In this document: piece by piece, positions 38,780 to 54,335 of the stretch | How positions within the stretch are numbered: the stretch's first letter is position 1 | How the letters are laid out: each line of letters begins with the position of its first letter | From: Octopus vulgaris | Lineage: Eukaryota | Direction: 5' to 3' | DNA length: 64,000 nt | Assembly: GCA_951406725.2 (NCBI GenBank) | Contig: OX597816.1 | Span: forward strand, 125,922,001 to 125,986,000 | The notes under the pieces: model-generated | Told to the model about the DNA's origin: nothing | Databases searched by the model: none | The model's input: the letters and a program-made list of their open reading frames with translations, nothing else | Translations under genes and position numbers: made by a program

Positions 38780-41700
38780 TATAAAGATTTGAATAACACT
38801 TAAGTTTAACTCCATTTCTTTAATCATTTATATATACATACATCTATCTATCTATATATATATATATATACACAGGTACAGTACATCTAGATATACACAC
38901 ACATATATATACATATAGATACACACGTATATATATATACATACATACATATACACATATATATATACATATACATACATATATATATATACATGTATAT
39001 ATATATATAGCTATATATACATACATATATACATACATATACATACATGTATGTATATATACATGTAGCTATATATATACATACATATACATACATGTAT
39101 GTATATATACATATAGCTATATATACATACATATGCATACATACATATATATATATACACATACATACACATAAACACACACACACACACACACATATGC
39201 TACATATAAACACACACACGCACCATATCTTCTGCAGAAACCCCTTTTCACTCTACTTTTAGATTACTCAGCAACAATAGTAACATTGAGGGAGTGAGCT
39301 GGCAGAATCATTAACACACAGGAGAAAATGCTCATTCGTTATTTTGTTGTGAGTTCAAATTCCGGCAAGGTCAACCTTGCCTTTTATCCTTTTGGGGTTA
39401 ATGAAAAAAGTAGCAGCTGAGAACTGGGGTTGATGCAATTGACTAGCCACAACTCCAAAAATCTCAGGCCTTGTGCCTACTGATAAAAGGATTATTAACA
39501 TTGATTTATCATTATCTTCATTAAGGTGGCAACCTGGTATTTCTTTTTAGCACACCCACTTCTCTTAAAGCTGCTGGCCTTGTGCCAAAATTTGTACCTA
39601 TTATTAATATAGCCATATTATCTAACTGAAGAGTAGTTGGACTGAACTAAGTGCATACCATACTGGATGTTGAATTACTGATGAAAGCTAAAATACATTT
39701 TATGGTTTATTAACTTCACATAAAGAATACAACAAACAACCCTACCATCTCTATAAAGAAGAATTAGTATAAGAATAACATGCTACCAAATAGAATGATG
39801 AAGTGTACCAAGAAGTAGAAAGGATAATTATGAGTAACCTAAGCATAGTAGAAATTTGTAAATGATACATATATTCTCCAGGCAGATCATATAAAATCTG
39901 TACATTACTCAATACAATTCACCATGGAGAAATAATGAGCAAGTACTAATCCTTGATATAGTATCATAACAACTACAAATTATGCGTTAGGTTATCTGTT
40001 TACTGAAAACCAACAGCCACTGGGTTCTACTTCACTAAATCTAACATCACAGTATCAAGAAAAAAATATCAGATATCTACAAAGCCTTAAAAGTAATCTA
40101 TAAACTACAATAAGGCAAACAACATACAGTCAAGAAATTTGTAACCTAAAGATTACATTCAATGAAGAAATAAAATTAAAATAGGGTGTGACTTTACTGA
40201 AAGACAAGACAAGCATTGTACAGATAATTTCAGTACAGGTCTCTCAATCGAGTAAAATCTACTCACGATTTAGATGACTTAAAGAACTATATCTATAGTA
40301 ATAACCCAAACATATTGCAAAAGATTGTACAAAGCAGAAATTAGGCAGATCTTACAGGTGAGAGAAGAACATAAAAATATCTTTCATCGATAGAGAAACA
40401 TCAAAGTCATGAATAACAGAAAGGAGAGTGTAATGCACTACTTAGAGGTGTTCAAATTATAAACAGGAAGGAGATGTAATGCACTACTTAGAGGTGTTCA
40501 AATTATAAACAAAGGAATACAAAAAGAAATTCAAAAAAACCCAAGGGACAATATGTAGAGTACTAACTGGAAACTAGCATAGCTTTCAGTATAATAAAGC
40601 GTCCATTAATAAAAGAGTATTAAAAATCTACATTAGTTATTGCTGTAGGGGAGCAATAGTAAGTTAAAAGTAAATAAGCAAAGTATTTTCAGAATTTAAG
40701 TGTATTATTTGAGGATCTTCATTTGCAAGCATCAGTTCAGAAAATGTTTAGTATCATTTTATTGGTAAGGTACTAAGAGTATGTCAAGAATTCACTAGAA
40801 AAATAAAATTAACTTCCCTACTACAAAAGATAACCTTCAAAACAATAATGATACAGGAGAAAAGTGCAATATTAATAACTTAAAATCTTACTACTTCTTG
40901 TAGGATATCATAATTTGAGTGAATATTTCTCATGGGAAACATGTATGTAGAATATTGTCTAACTATTATTATTATTATCTTAAGAAAATGTGCCTCACAT
41001 ACAGTTAGTAGAAACTCATACTTTTGATACATCTTTAATGCAAAACATGAATCTTAGTTATAAGAATATTGCCATTATATATATATGAATGCCAGTGATT
41101 TTCTTTTTAAGGTAAGACAATATTTTGTGCTATCAATGAATAGCAATTGAAATAATAAGAACTTGAAAATTTATACAGAAAATATCATGAAAATGATTTA
41201 AATTATTACACAAAGAACATTTTAATTTTACACTTTCAACTGAAAACAGGAAATCAACAATTGAACGTCTCTTATGATGCACTACTCGATTTATATGACG
41301 TAGTGTTTCATTTAGTTTTAAAAACAAGTATATTACACCAATCAGTATTAATAAATATCATAATAGCAAAACAAAGAAAAGAAAATAACACTCAGTAAAA
41401 TTACTTCAAAATTTGAGAAAAATTATGAAGCAGATGTTAATATTTAATTTAAGCAAACAATATATATATGAGACAAATAATATTTAATTCAAGCAAACCT
41501 CAGAAAGTCATGCTTGGCATGCACAACAGCTTAACTTACGCAGCATTCAAATTAATTAACAAAATTAAAAGCAATATCAAATACAAACACAAGAGGTTAA
41601 AAAATATAAGGAAAACTATCTTGTATTTACAGAAAAATCAATTTATTTTAACTCAGAATTATTTATAAATTGTGTTTATATGAAACAAATTATTCATACA

Positions 41701-44700
41701 TTTAAAAGCATAGAATAGCTAGACTATACAAATAAAAATAGAAGCTGAATTAATAAAAAATTAAACATGAATTATTTCTAATTAATCAATCTTCCAGACA
41801 TCAGAGAAACACACTATGCACTATCAAAGATAGCAAACCTGAAAAACAATACAATATTTGTGTGGAAATTCAATTTATAGAAATGCATTTCTTGTGCCTT
41901 ATGTTACCATTTTATATTCATAATTATGTATAAAGAAATCTATAGAAAACAAAGCTAAACAAGTTTATTTACTTTAATTAGATGTGACTTCTTTTTACAA
42001 CTTAATGCAAAAAGTTGTTTATAAATATACAATGTTAGAATTGCTTGAAAAAGATTTCTATAGTTAATAATGTATAACAGTCATATAATACTTATATTTT
42101 TCAGTATTTTACGACTGAAAAGAACACAGGTATACTGTGAAATATTTAAAATTTCCCTGGGGCGTGCTCACTTAATAGTTAATCATACTGCAGAAAAATC
42201 TACATATCTTAAGTGTGACTGTTGCAGTCTTTGAAACATATTTCATGTTCCACTTTCACTACCGGTTTGTTTGAAAAATCAACTTAGCACATGGGTTATT
42301 TGTCATGAAATATAGTACATATAAGTAATTAGATAGTTCCATTTGCAGTTATTATTAATATTTACCTTTCAACTCCATTTCTAATACTTGTATATGTACA
42401 CTACCAATTAATTTAGTACTTAGGTATTTGATACATAAAGTGCAACATAGTAAAAACTGAACTAAATTTTATTCTCTAAAATATACAAAAAATCAAATTA
42501 ATTAAAAGGAAAAAAATAAAAAAAAATTAAAGGGAAATAATTGACCTTCATTAGGAGTTATTTCCCTGTAATGCAATAATTTAATTAACCAATTAAATAT
42601 ATTGACAATAATATACATAACCTATATCTAAACGAATCTTTATCGTATATCAACAAAGTTCTAATTTCTCTAATATCTAGTGCACTAATGCAGAGACAAA
42701 ATGCAATAATAGAAAAGCAAAAAATAAAAAAAAAGAAACTTTGAGACAATGTTTTGAACTATCAAATCTTGGATCAAGAGTTCAAATCAAATTGAGCTGT
42801 TGTATAACATTGTCTCAATTTACAATGGTGGATACTTGGCTTTTCTGGAATGTTTCCTATGATACGTCAAAAATAATTCATTATCACTACATATATGAGA
42901 ATTGATGAGAATTAAGCACCAACCCTTTCTACATTGTCTAAGTGAAATTTCCACAAAAGAAAGTAGAAAGACTCTTGAAATTGCATCATATAATGAAAAA
43001 AGATTGTGTTCATCTCAAGATGCTGACCCATCAAAAACTAAATTCATGTGAACTAATAATTATATTATAGATCTAATTTGCTCAAAATACAATAGTGAAA
43101 TAATTGTATAAGCAACAGCTGCATACAATATCAAGATTCATAAAAAAGGGTAAAAAAAAACACACCTAGGATTATCAAGTATAAAACCTGAAACTTACAA
43201 GGATATTCATTGCATATGCTAATAAGGAACATCAAATGTTATAGACACTGATTGAATGATTATGAAAAAGCAGAAAGTAATACATATTTAAACTGGTATT
43301 ATGATTAGGATATCAATTGGAAGGTGTTCACTTGTTAGCCTGCTGCAACATACTCTTAAGGAAAAAAAATATAACATACAATGTCAATTTAACATTAGAA
43401 AAAAAATTGGCTTATAAAAGAAAAAGATGGGTTCAATAGATAGAAGCAACTACAGCACAAAATATAGGAGAAAAAATGCAATATAATATGAGAAACTGGC
43501 ACAAAAATAAAAATAAAAAAACGACATGAATCGCAACGCAACTCCATTCTTGATTTCAATTATGTCTAATTTGGTAAGTGAGAGATTTTATGTGGAAAAT
43601 ATAAATAGAAATAAAAATAAAAATATATACAGAGAGAGAGAGAGAGCTCCAACAACTAAGAGAACATTTTCGTTAATAGATTTTATGTCAGTTACACAGG
43701 AAATCTCAATAGTAAAGTCTAGTCAAACAAGTATGAAAAAGGACCACACATGTTAACATGCACACACATATTAACACTCATACACAAAGAGCATGTGTGT
43801 GTTTATGTATATATATATACAGTTTATATGCACATACAATTATGCAAACCTTCCTACTTTTCTTCATCTCCTGATTGACTTCAATTATCTCATTATTCCA
43901 TCACACATACCCCTCCATCTCTTGTCTCCTGATCACATATAAGCACTAGCAAACTATGAATAGTTACCACACATAACCAACCCTAATCACCTTATTTTTC
44001 CCTCTTCTTCACCAGCATTTTAAATGAGACACTGAACGGTCCATAGTCATCACTCTGTCAATCATGATTCTCATCTCACTACCTGTGATTACCACTCACT
44101 CAACCATTCCCATCCACCTCTCTTTCTCTCTGTTTTTCTCTCAGTCCTGCTCTTCTACTTCAATAACCTCTCATCTCACTGGCTATCTCTCTTTTAATGA
44201 CTCTCTTTGATATCCCCTTCCACCCTTACCAATGTCCTTTCTCATTAACCACTAATATTAGTCCTTTTCTTTTTTCATATTCCAATAGTATATTCTCCCC
44301 TAATAGTGACTATTCTATTATTCTCTCCACTACCAACCTCTCTTAACCAAATTGGTGTATCTGGTCCTCTCATCATTCTTAACCTCCTCTAATCATCTTG
44401 CCTAAATCATTGCACAGTTCCTTCTATTCTCCCTCATTTACAGGGACACCCTTTTGCTCTTTAGTCTTGTAATTTGTAAAGCGACCTCACTATGCTGGTT
44501 CCACAAAAACAATGTAAATAAAAAAGAACCCAGTATATTCTCTTAAGTGGTTAATATTTGGAAGGGCATCCATGTGTATAACTTTGATTTCCAATCACAT
44601 GGTTTGAGGTTTAGTCCCACTACAGAGCACCTTGGACAAATATCTTCTACTATAAATCTGACTGAATCAACTAAAGCCTTGTGAATGAACACAGTGGTTG

Positions 44701-44935
44701 GAAACAGAAAGAAGATCCTCATGTTTGTGTGTTAGTCTCCTTGCCTTGATATCATGCACTAATAGTAAATAAACATCACTGACATACAAGTGATGTCAGT
44801 TGTTTCCAATCTTCCATGGAAACATGTCCTTCCACATGATTTGTGACCAAAGGACTAGGGGAAATATTTCATTGCCTCAAAACAGGTGAGGTTTCACAAC
44901 ATATACATGTGTTTGTGTGCATGTATGTGTGTGTT

Positions 44936-44996
44936 TAGGGTCTGAAGAAACACTGTAAAGCTAAATGCTTTATGGATGTGAAACCATCAATATCTA
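44936..44996 (+). ncRNA. Degenerate hammerhead motif
   Basis: CTGAAGA(44942)-a-aca..taaagc(taaat)gcttta..tgt-GAAA-cc-ATC; stems I and III are eroded. Confidence 0.5.
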
Positions 44997-46194
44997 TCTT
45001 TATATATTCTACTGCTTTGTAACTTAGTGTGTGCCTCTTTTTTGAATATATGATCTACTGACAGTATATATATATATATCTGTTGCAAATTAACAAAAAA
45101 GAAAGTACTCAATAAAGATAGAGTTGCAACAATTTATTTAGGCTGATCCAGCAACCTGTTTCTTTGGAGTATCTTCACTATGTAACTGGCTTCTCAGATA
45201 AGTCAATACAATATGATGAATTTCCACTGAAGACTGCAACTTTAATTTTGCACCAGCTTTGAAACTACAGGATATACTCTGTGCATGCTTGCACTATACA
45301 GCTGACTGTCACACCTTCCATTTCATAACATACTCGCCACATTGCGACTCCAGTCCTATTAATATTGTTGTATAAATATTGCTTGCATTTTGCTATAATC
45401 ATTACTCAGTACCATTATTAGTTATTGTTATTATTATTATTATTGTTATTATTACTGATTTATTTTGGTGTTATTATTACAATTATTTTTTTTACTATTA
45501 TCACCTTATTAGCATAATAATAATCAATATTTTCATCATTACAAATTTCATATTATTATTATTATTGGCTGTGTTTCTTTTGGCTCTAAATGCTCTGAGT
45601 GCCCTAATGAGGTCAATTTTGTGTTTCCTACTTCTAATATTGAGAAAATAAGGCATCAGCCAAGTACCAAATAACTAACCCAAATTTGTGTATCTGGTGT
45701 ATGTGTTCCTCTCATCATTCTAAGGATTCTGAGGAACAGACACACCCAAATTTCAGACCTTGGGCAAAATGATTGGTACCATTTTTATTATAACTGGAAT
45801 TAATCAGATCTGCTCACAGAAAAAATTTATAAATACATCTTTCCTTAAAATATACCATTGCAAGCGGAAGCGACTGTATAAAGATCTGAGAAACCATAAT
45901 TTCCTCTTTTTTGACAATTTTAATTCTCACACTTTTTTTTTTTCAGTATGACTTGTCAACCACCACTGAAATTAATGAACCTTCAACATTCTAACAAATT
46001 AATATACAGTTTTAATTACAAACTTACACCTTCTGTTTTGAACATGATAATTTATCAACATTGAAACATTTTAATTTAACAACATTGAAACATTTCAGTT
46101 TGTCGACATTGAAACTTATAACAATGTTTTTCTAATTTTACACTTTTACCATTGATAAACAAAAAATAATGTTGAAACTAGTTTGGTATATATG

Positions 46195-46243
<49 letters not shown>

Positions 46244-46251
46244 GTATATAT

Positions 46252-47471
46252 ATTTGGTCATCCCATAAATAATGCAACCTTTTCAATAGCATAAAAGAAA
46301 AGTCAGAGGGAAAAGGGATAAACTACTTGTTTCAACTTGCTATAAAAGTAGGTAGTAATTTTACCTTCTACCTATTCTTAGTCCAAGTTTTGAAGAGTAC
46401 AGTTTGATTTTAACAGTTATTTTTTCAAAGCTATAATGGAAGTAACAAAGGAGCAAATTTTGTCACTTATCTTGCTTTACGAGTTCAATAAAGGCAAACA
46501 AAGCATAGGAAAGTGTGAGGAATATTAATGCAGTATATGGGGATTGGACAATAAGCCTAAGTCAGTGTCAATGGTGGCTCTGGAAATTTCAAGCTAGAAA
46601 CTACAGCCTACAAGACAAGTCTCATCCTGAAAGATCTATAGAGCTCAATGAGGACATCCTGTAAACCCTGGTGGAACAAAATCCCATCATAACTGTTGAG
46701 GAACTAGCAGAGAAGCTTGGATTTGGTCATTCAACCATTCATTAACACTTGTGTGCCATTGGAAAGTTAGCAAATTGGGTCAATGGGTTCTTCACAAACT
46801 TTCCGAATCTAATCATGTGCAGAGAGTGAATGTGTGCTCTTCTGTACTGTCACATCGCATGAATAAAACATTTTTGGACCAAATAGTGACTGGTAACAAG
46901 AAATTGGTAAAAATATCAAGTGCAGAAGACAGTGGGTAGGGAAAGGAGAAACACTGGCACTCTAGACTAAAGAAGGTCTTCACTCACTTAAGGTGTTGTT
47001 ATCTGTTTGGTGGAATATGAAAAGTTTAGTCCTCTTTGAACTTTTAACCCCAAACAAAATGATAACAAAGGAAATCTGCAGCAAGCAGCTTGAGTGGTTT
47101 AAGTCAGCATTAGAAGAAAAATAACCATCTTTGGTTTCAAGATGAAAGGTGTTGTTCTATCAGGATAATGCTCAGCCACATTCAGTGAGGATGACATTTC
47201 AAAGGCTGGAGCAGTCTGAATGGGAAATGATGCCCCACCCACCATATTCGCCAGACATTGCTCCATCTGACTATCATTTATTCCACAGTCTTCAAAATCA
47301 TTAGGGTGGAAAAAATATGAATACTGTAGATAAGGTCAGACTAAAGAGGGACCTTGTAAGTCTACCAGATAGATATGGAAGAAGAGTTCAATTTAAATTA
47401 AAAAGAAACTAGTTTATCTTAATTTTGACAAATTAAAGTATTAAAAATCACATTATTTATGGGCTGACACA

Positions 47472-47473
<2 letters not shown>
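46252..47473 (+). mobile_element. Full-length decayed mariner (DD34D-type) transposon
   Basis: TIRs gtcatcccataaataatg / cattatttatgggctgac lie in TA arrays. Motifs GQWVLHKL, FLDQIVTG, QDNAQPH and PHPPYSPDIAPSDYHLF are present. Confidence 0.93.
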
Positions 47474-47532
<59 letters not shown>

Positions 47533-47894
47533 ATATCAAATATAAAATACTCATCTTAAAAATATAATATCTATACCGAAGTCTATGAGTATGTGACGTT
47601 CATTATATGCTTTTTTTTTTTAAATATCAGGTCTTCTCAATATGCTGTGCTTGACAAGACCTGTTGAGTAAAGTAAAATCGTAGTCATGGCTGATGCCAG
47701 TGCCACCAGACTGGCACCAATTCCAGTGGCACATAAAAAGCACCATCTGAACATGAATGATGCAGGTGGCATGTAAAAAGCACCACTAAACTCTTGGAGT
47801 GGTTGATGTTAGGAAGAGCATCCAGCTGTAGAAACATTGCCAGATCAGCATGGAAAGCAGATGTTAAATGGTGATGATGATATATATATATATG

Positions 47895-48123
47895 CATGAA
47901 CATGTGTTAAAAGATGTTTAATATATTTGTGTACACTTGAACATGGGAAGACCATCAGTCCTTCAGTAGTAGAAATAGTCCGATGCTGTCATTCATAACC
48001 CAAAGTAATTTTACATATGTAATGTAAGAGGAGAAATTTTCCCACAATATTACTTTCGCAGTGAAAGGTCTTCCCAGATTCAAGTGCATAAGAATATGTT
48101 AAATGTCACTGTGCATGTTTATA
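47895..48123. repeat. Small element with ~55-bp imperfect inverted ends
   Basis: cacttgaacatgggaagacc / ggtcttcccagattcaagtg. Confidence 0.7.
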
Positions 48124-48151
48124 CATAATCCAACACTACTTTGAGTTACAG

Positions 48152-48192
<41 letters not shown>

Positions 48193-51100
48193 CATATATG
48201 TGAACTCCCATCATGTAAAATTCAATAAGTAGTGTTCTGTTTCTAATTTTTGCTTTTAATACACATGTGTACACACACACGGAAATATACACATAATGCA
48301 TATTACACAAATATATGAGTGTGTGTATATATATATATATATCTTAACTATATTTCCCTACCAAAACTTGATTTTCTTCTTAACTTTTTCTACTAAGCAT
48401 AAGTTTTAATTACACTTTGCAGATATATTTTTAAGGGTATAGTTTATGATTATATTACTAAACCCTATTTATTTATTAGGGGATGGTTTTAAATCATTTT
48501 CCCCTGCTCCAAACTTCGTTTCTTCCTAACACTCTTCCAATGCATTATTTTAATGAAATTTTGCAGAAACACATTTTCTTGACTGTAGATTACGATTACA
48601 ATGATAAAGTTAACAAAATAAATGTTTTCCTGGTTAAATTTTTCTTATGAATTTTATGAACATAATCATAATGTACACCCATGGAAATGTATTTTTGCAG
48701 AATTATATTTAAAAACCTGCGTTTTAAAAAGTTATGAGAAAAAGGCAGGAGTGATCTGAAACTAGCTCCAATTTTTTGTTTTTAAAATTTATTTTATCAG
48801 CATAACTATAATTTAATCCTCTAAAATTTACCGCTGCACAATTCCATTAAGAAATATGCATTTTCCAAACAGTTGCAAGGAAATAAAATTGGGATAAGGA
48901 CACCAAACTGTAGCTAAGCCTATATATAGCTTTTGGTTTTATTTAAAGGTATTTTTTCTTAAATCATCTAGTCAGTGATTAAACAAAAGTTATATAGCAC
49001 TTTTGTGTGTGAGTGCATGTTTGTGTTCTTGTATGCATGTGAACTCCCAATAGGTAAAAATCAACAAGCAGTGTTCTGTTTCTCATTTTTGCTTTTAATA
49101 CAAACACTAGCAGTTTCATTTTGATCAAAACACTTGCCACTCCAACTCATTGTAATTCCTCTACTTCTTCCATTTAATATCTCTGACAGTTACTCACTCC
49201 CTCTCCATGTGTTGTTTCAATCCTCCTTTATCTAATGTTAGTGGAAGCAAAAACACACGTTCATTATTTGTGTCTCCTGTATGCTTCAGTCTCAACTCTT
49301 ACTGCTGTGTTAAGTCTCATTATCCAGTCTGAGCAACCAGCTACATATTGGAAAAACCCCAAAGTGACAAACCACTGTTTTGGTCTGAATAAACTATGCT
49401 TTTATCAAATACTACACATTCTAATTGTCACTCACCAATGGTGATATATCACTTAATAAACACAATATTTAAATCAAGAGAGTGAGATTCTCTAGTTCAA
49501 TAACAGAAACTTGTCCAGATGCCTCCATTAAGTGAAAATCTCAGATCTAAAATACAGTAGGTCAGTGGAGTTCTTAAATTTTAAAAAATGTTTCCACATA
49601 TATTTAAAAAGATATCAATCCTTGCATCAATTTTCTGTCTTAGAGATGAATTTAAGCTTCAGTTATCTCAGTAACTTGGAAACTACTTAATTCCCTTTAA
49701 AAAAAGGACTCTCAGACATACCTTCATCTCCTCTATTCAATTGTTTTGTTAAGTTAAACAAATTAGCATTATTTCCTCTTCTTAACATAATTATGCTCCC
49801 CTCATAAACTTACCAATATACAGAGACCCTACATTTATAGACAGAAATAAATGGTAAGCATGAAATTCAAAACGCTAATGAAGAATCATCTAATTCTGGT
49901 TTCTATAAACATCTGACAAAATTAGAAGTTAAAGAACAACAATTTCAAAGTGGCCATCTTCTGATTGCAGAATATTTGAAAGCAATAGAGGTACTATCCA
50001 TTTGTTAATGAATCTTCTTACTTCTTTTGAGGCCAACAAAGAATTAAAGTGTTTTGAAATACTATTTAAAAGAACAGAAAACTTACTCTCTATTACATCT
50101 ACAAGTTTAGAGAGACAGCTTTTACTGCAGACAGATTATATCTTACAAAACTGAGATTAAGTCATTCAGAGAGTTCACTGCACAGTCTTTGTTTGACAAA
50201 AATCTATTTTTTAAAATAAAGAATTATTTTACATGCACTTTTTATTTAAGATTTTTATTTAGCTTTCTGAGGGAAAAAAAAAGAAGATTCTTTTCATTTA
50301 AAAACTTATTTGTTTATGTTTTAAAAAAGGTATAACTGTCGTTTAAGAAATTTCTCTGTTGAATTAAAAAAAAAGAAACTATGTATTTGCATTTAGTATT
50401 TTCACTGAAAATATTCTAAGCCTATTAATTGTTATAGTTTATAAACTTGTAAGTTCATAAGCATGAAATGAAATAAAGTACTTTTAAACATTTTTAAACA
50501 ACAAATTAATGATTTAACATTTAAATCTTATATTGCAAGTAACCACAATTATCACTGAGTTCTGAACCACATGAAACTGAAATTCAAATAGTGTTGTTGA
50601 AAAGTGGAACAAAGTACACTTCTGCAGGAGAAACAAAATTATTCATAAAGAACATTCTGTCAAAAAACTTGCTGTTTGCTCCATATACATTTATTTCTTT
50701 TTGCATATTATCAACTAAATTTATGGATTTTCTCCCTTCAAGCAATAAGTTAGAACTCAGTGACATTATTTATTAATGTTGTATGTCTTATCTATTAATG
50801 CATCAATTAGAGGAAGAAGGCTTGGATCTACAGAGAATGATTAGAGTGACATTTCAGTGACATCTGTACACACTGTCTACCAAAATATTACTCGAGTTTA
50901 TAGACTGTGAGCAAGTATGGAGTTATCACAAAGTCAATATTGCATCTAAGCTTTATTATGGCAAGGATAAAAGACAACAATTTACTGATATATTTTAAAT
51001 GCAGGGTTTCAGTATAGTGAGGTGGTTTATGAGAAGAATGTAATTATTCTAACATAAGAAAATAACAGTTATTTCTTGGCCCAAATGAACACTTTAAATG

Positions 51101-51530
51101 GAAGAAATGAGCATATATCTGAGAATGGCATTTTCAGAAAGCAGTTATTCCAAGTTACAGAGATTAACTGGAGTTCAAATTCAGCTTTGAGACAGAAAAC
51201 CGATACACAGGGACTGATAATTTGTAAATATATGCGTAAATGCCTATGTGCAATCAACTTACCTAGAATGTCATAAAACAAGTAAACTCAATAACAACTA
51301 CTTAAATTCCTATCACAAGGTATATTGATAATTATATGCTATCCATATTTATGTAATATTAATAATGTAATAATTAAAGACATTTCATAATTTCTAACGG
51401 TATTAGTAGATTTATATAAAGAGCTACAAGACTTTTAAGAGTTAAAAATATACGTAGAATATAATGATACCAGTATCAATGTATTCTCTCTCTCTCTCTC
51501 TATGTATCTTTATAGTGAGTTTCTGGTGGT

Positions 51531-51669
<139 letters not shown>

Positions 51670-51737
51670 TCAGTAGGGTATATAATACCACTTGCTCAAA
51701 TCATATATATATAAACACATACACAAATGCATATAGA

Positions 51738-51779
<42 letters not shown>

Positions 51780-54304
51780 TACATACATTTGGCAGTGCAA
51801 AAAGGAAAAATAGAACTCAAAACAAATATATATATGTATATATATATACAGATAGATAGATACTTAGATGGATATAGATATGTTGTTAATATTTGGCAGA
51901 GACAAACAAACATGCACATACATAGCCAAGAAGCTGCATCAATGACCGAACAGTCAAAAGTTAAACCCTTAAATCTATGATATAACTTTTTGACTATAAG
52001 TGTAAATATCCTGCTTCATTTTGAGTTCTATTTCACTCAGTTTATAACTAATCTTAAGAATGTATGTGTAATGATAAAATTATAGAAGCAAAATATTAAA
52101 ATAAAAATCAATATTTAACTGTAAAATAGTAATTTTAATTCACATAGATACATGTCATTAGTATCAATAATTTCCTCCTCTCAGTGGTTAGTTGTGTTCA
52201 TGTGCAACACATATAAAATAGATTAGATAATAATACATTAATAACAAAAGAATGAGGTAATACTTTCAAATGAAGAAAAATTAAATGTAATTTATACATC
52301 AATTAGAACAATTATATTTGAAACAGAAAAATTAAAAACTTTTAGATATGATCATTGTCATAAATTTATCAATCACCACCTAGAATATAAAAAAATTTTT
52401 ATTGGATTTCAAAAAACAAAAACAATGAATATAATTTCCCTTTTTTCTTCAGAATTTGCTTTCGGAAATAGTGAATCCTTCATAATAGAATCAAGGAGTA
52501 ATTAACTGAGAATCTTCAGATAAGGTAATAGAACATTATCATTACCATCATTCCAATATGAAAAAGGTACACCCACTAAAATACATTCTCATTAATATTT
52601 CCTATCTCTTTAATATGATAGACATAATTAATTGATAAATAGTATGCGTATCCAATCTTCTAGAGTAAGAAAAATCAGTGTTTTGGAATGTCATGCAAAC
52701 AAAACTTAACGCAATATTCATAATGTAATGTATATTTTAAATTTTTTACACTGACAAAATATGCTGCTGTATATAGAAAAAATTATAAAAAGAAAATCTT
52801 CTGAAGAACTCAATATCCAATTCTCAATCATCTAAAAGAAATACGCTATTAAGCAATGAAGTTTTCTTTAAATAACTAATGGTTATCATAATTAAATTTT
52901 AAATGCAGAACCAATAATGATTCACAGTAAAAGTAAGTAGAAACATGAAAATATAGATAAAAATTAACAGAAAATTCATAAATTTCTATTGAAATCCAGA
53001 GTTATATTTAAAAAAATTCTTTTTGTTGAATTCTAAATCTTAATCTTGGTTACAAATAATAAAAATGAAAACATATTTCTTATAGTTAGACAATGCACAC
53101 ATGTAATCAATGTTACTACCGGGTATCATGTTTTCTTAAATAACTGATATACCTAAGGGTGGGTGTGGGGGTATTCTTTTACATCATTTTACACAAATTC
53201 ATCTTTTCCATCGTAATTTGAATAAAAGTTGAAGATGAAAATTTGTAATTTTAGAGTTTTGTAATTCAAGATAATATGAAATAAATATAATGTATAGAAT
53301 GCATAATTTTAGCTAATATGTTTAATACTAAATATTAAACATAAAATCTACAAATCATTATCAATGCAAATATTTTTGTTCCTGAGATCTACTACATTCA
53401 GGAGCTTTCTATTTATATTTTTTTGTTCCATAATATGACTATCATTCACATTTTTAGAATCACCTGAAAGAATGCTTTTTGTACATGGACTGACTTATTT
53501 TTCTTATTTTGATGATCCAAGAAAATTAAATTCCTATTCAATAAATCTGTTAGCAAATCATATTCCATAAAAAAAAATGAATTTTTTTCCAGGTCACAAT
53601 GAAGTATTATGTAAGAAACCACACATACTTGATGCAAGTGTATTATTAACCATTCACTTACTTCTTGCTATAACTATGAACTATGTGTAGGTACAAAATA
53701 GCTTCTGTAATCAGGATAAGTACCACATAATCAATAAATATTTCATTTGCGTGCTGTGGTATTCCAACAAGCTTCTGCATTCTAAGAATAATGGCCTAAA
53801 TTACATACAAACAGTTTCAAAATGTATGATGTATTTACTTTATTTATGCAAGAAACTAATGTTTGTGATAAAGGAGCTATGTCTATTTAGAAGGTATTAC
53901 ACACAAAACTATATAGCAAGACAGCTCAAAGTTTAATAAAAAAAATGATCTAAGATGAATATTAATGATGACTAATATGATATAACTATTAAATATAATA
54001 CATTGAATTAATTATTTCAACTCTGTAATAATCATAACAGTTAATGAATGAAAATATTTTAAAAGGGAATATTATTAATGGCTAGAATATTTAAATATCA
54101 GATATTTTGGGGATAAAATAAAATTGTGAAAACAGAGTTCAAAAGATGTTTTAGCTAAAATATTGCTTAACATGTCTTCTTTTCTAAATGTATTCTTTCA
54201 ATAATTTAGTCAATAAAGTATGCCTTGTCTTGCCTAAAACTGTATTTGTTTGGCAAGTGACAAGATTTGAGAGAAAGTGCTAAAGCTGTAATAGGATGTA
54301 ATGT

Positions 54305-54335
<31 letters not shown>

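Larger units (their letters stand above)
38397..38814. mobile_element. 418-bp imperfect palindrome with a hammerhead in each arm
   Basis: tggagttaaac/gtttaactcca, gtgttattcaaatctttatacttcc/ggaagtataaagatttgaataacac and caataagccattttaact/agttaaaatggcttattg pair across the arms. Confidence 0.9.

Noticed and set aside
39660-40600. Possible decayed Penelope-like element with a 46-bp-period tandem duplication at about 40430-40511
   Set aside because: Only a faint GIY-YIG-like R..EH trace; too eroded to call.
45140-45275. CTGAAGA..GAAAC on plus and GTGAAGA..GAAAC on minus
   Set aside because: Stems I and III could not be formed convincingly.
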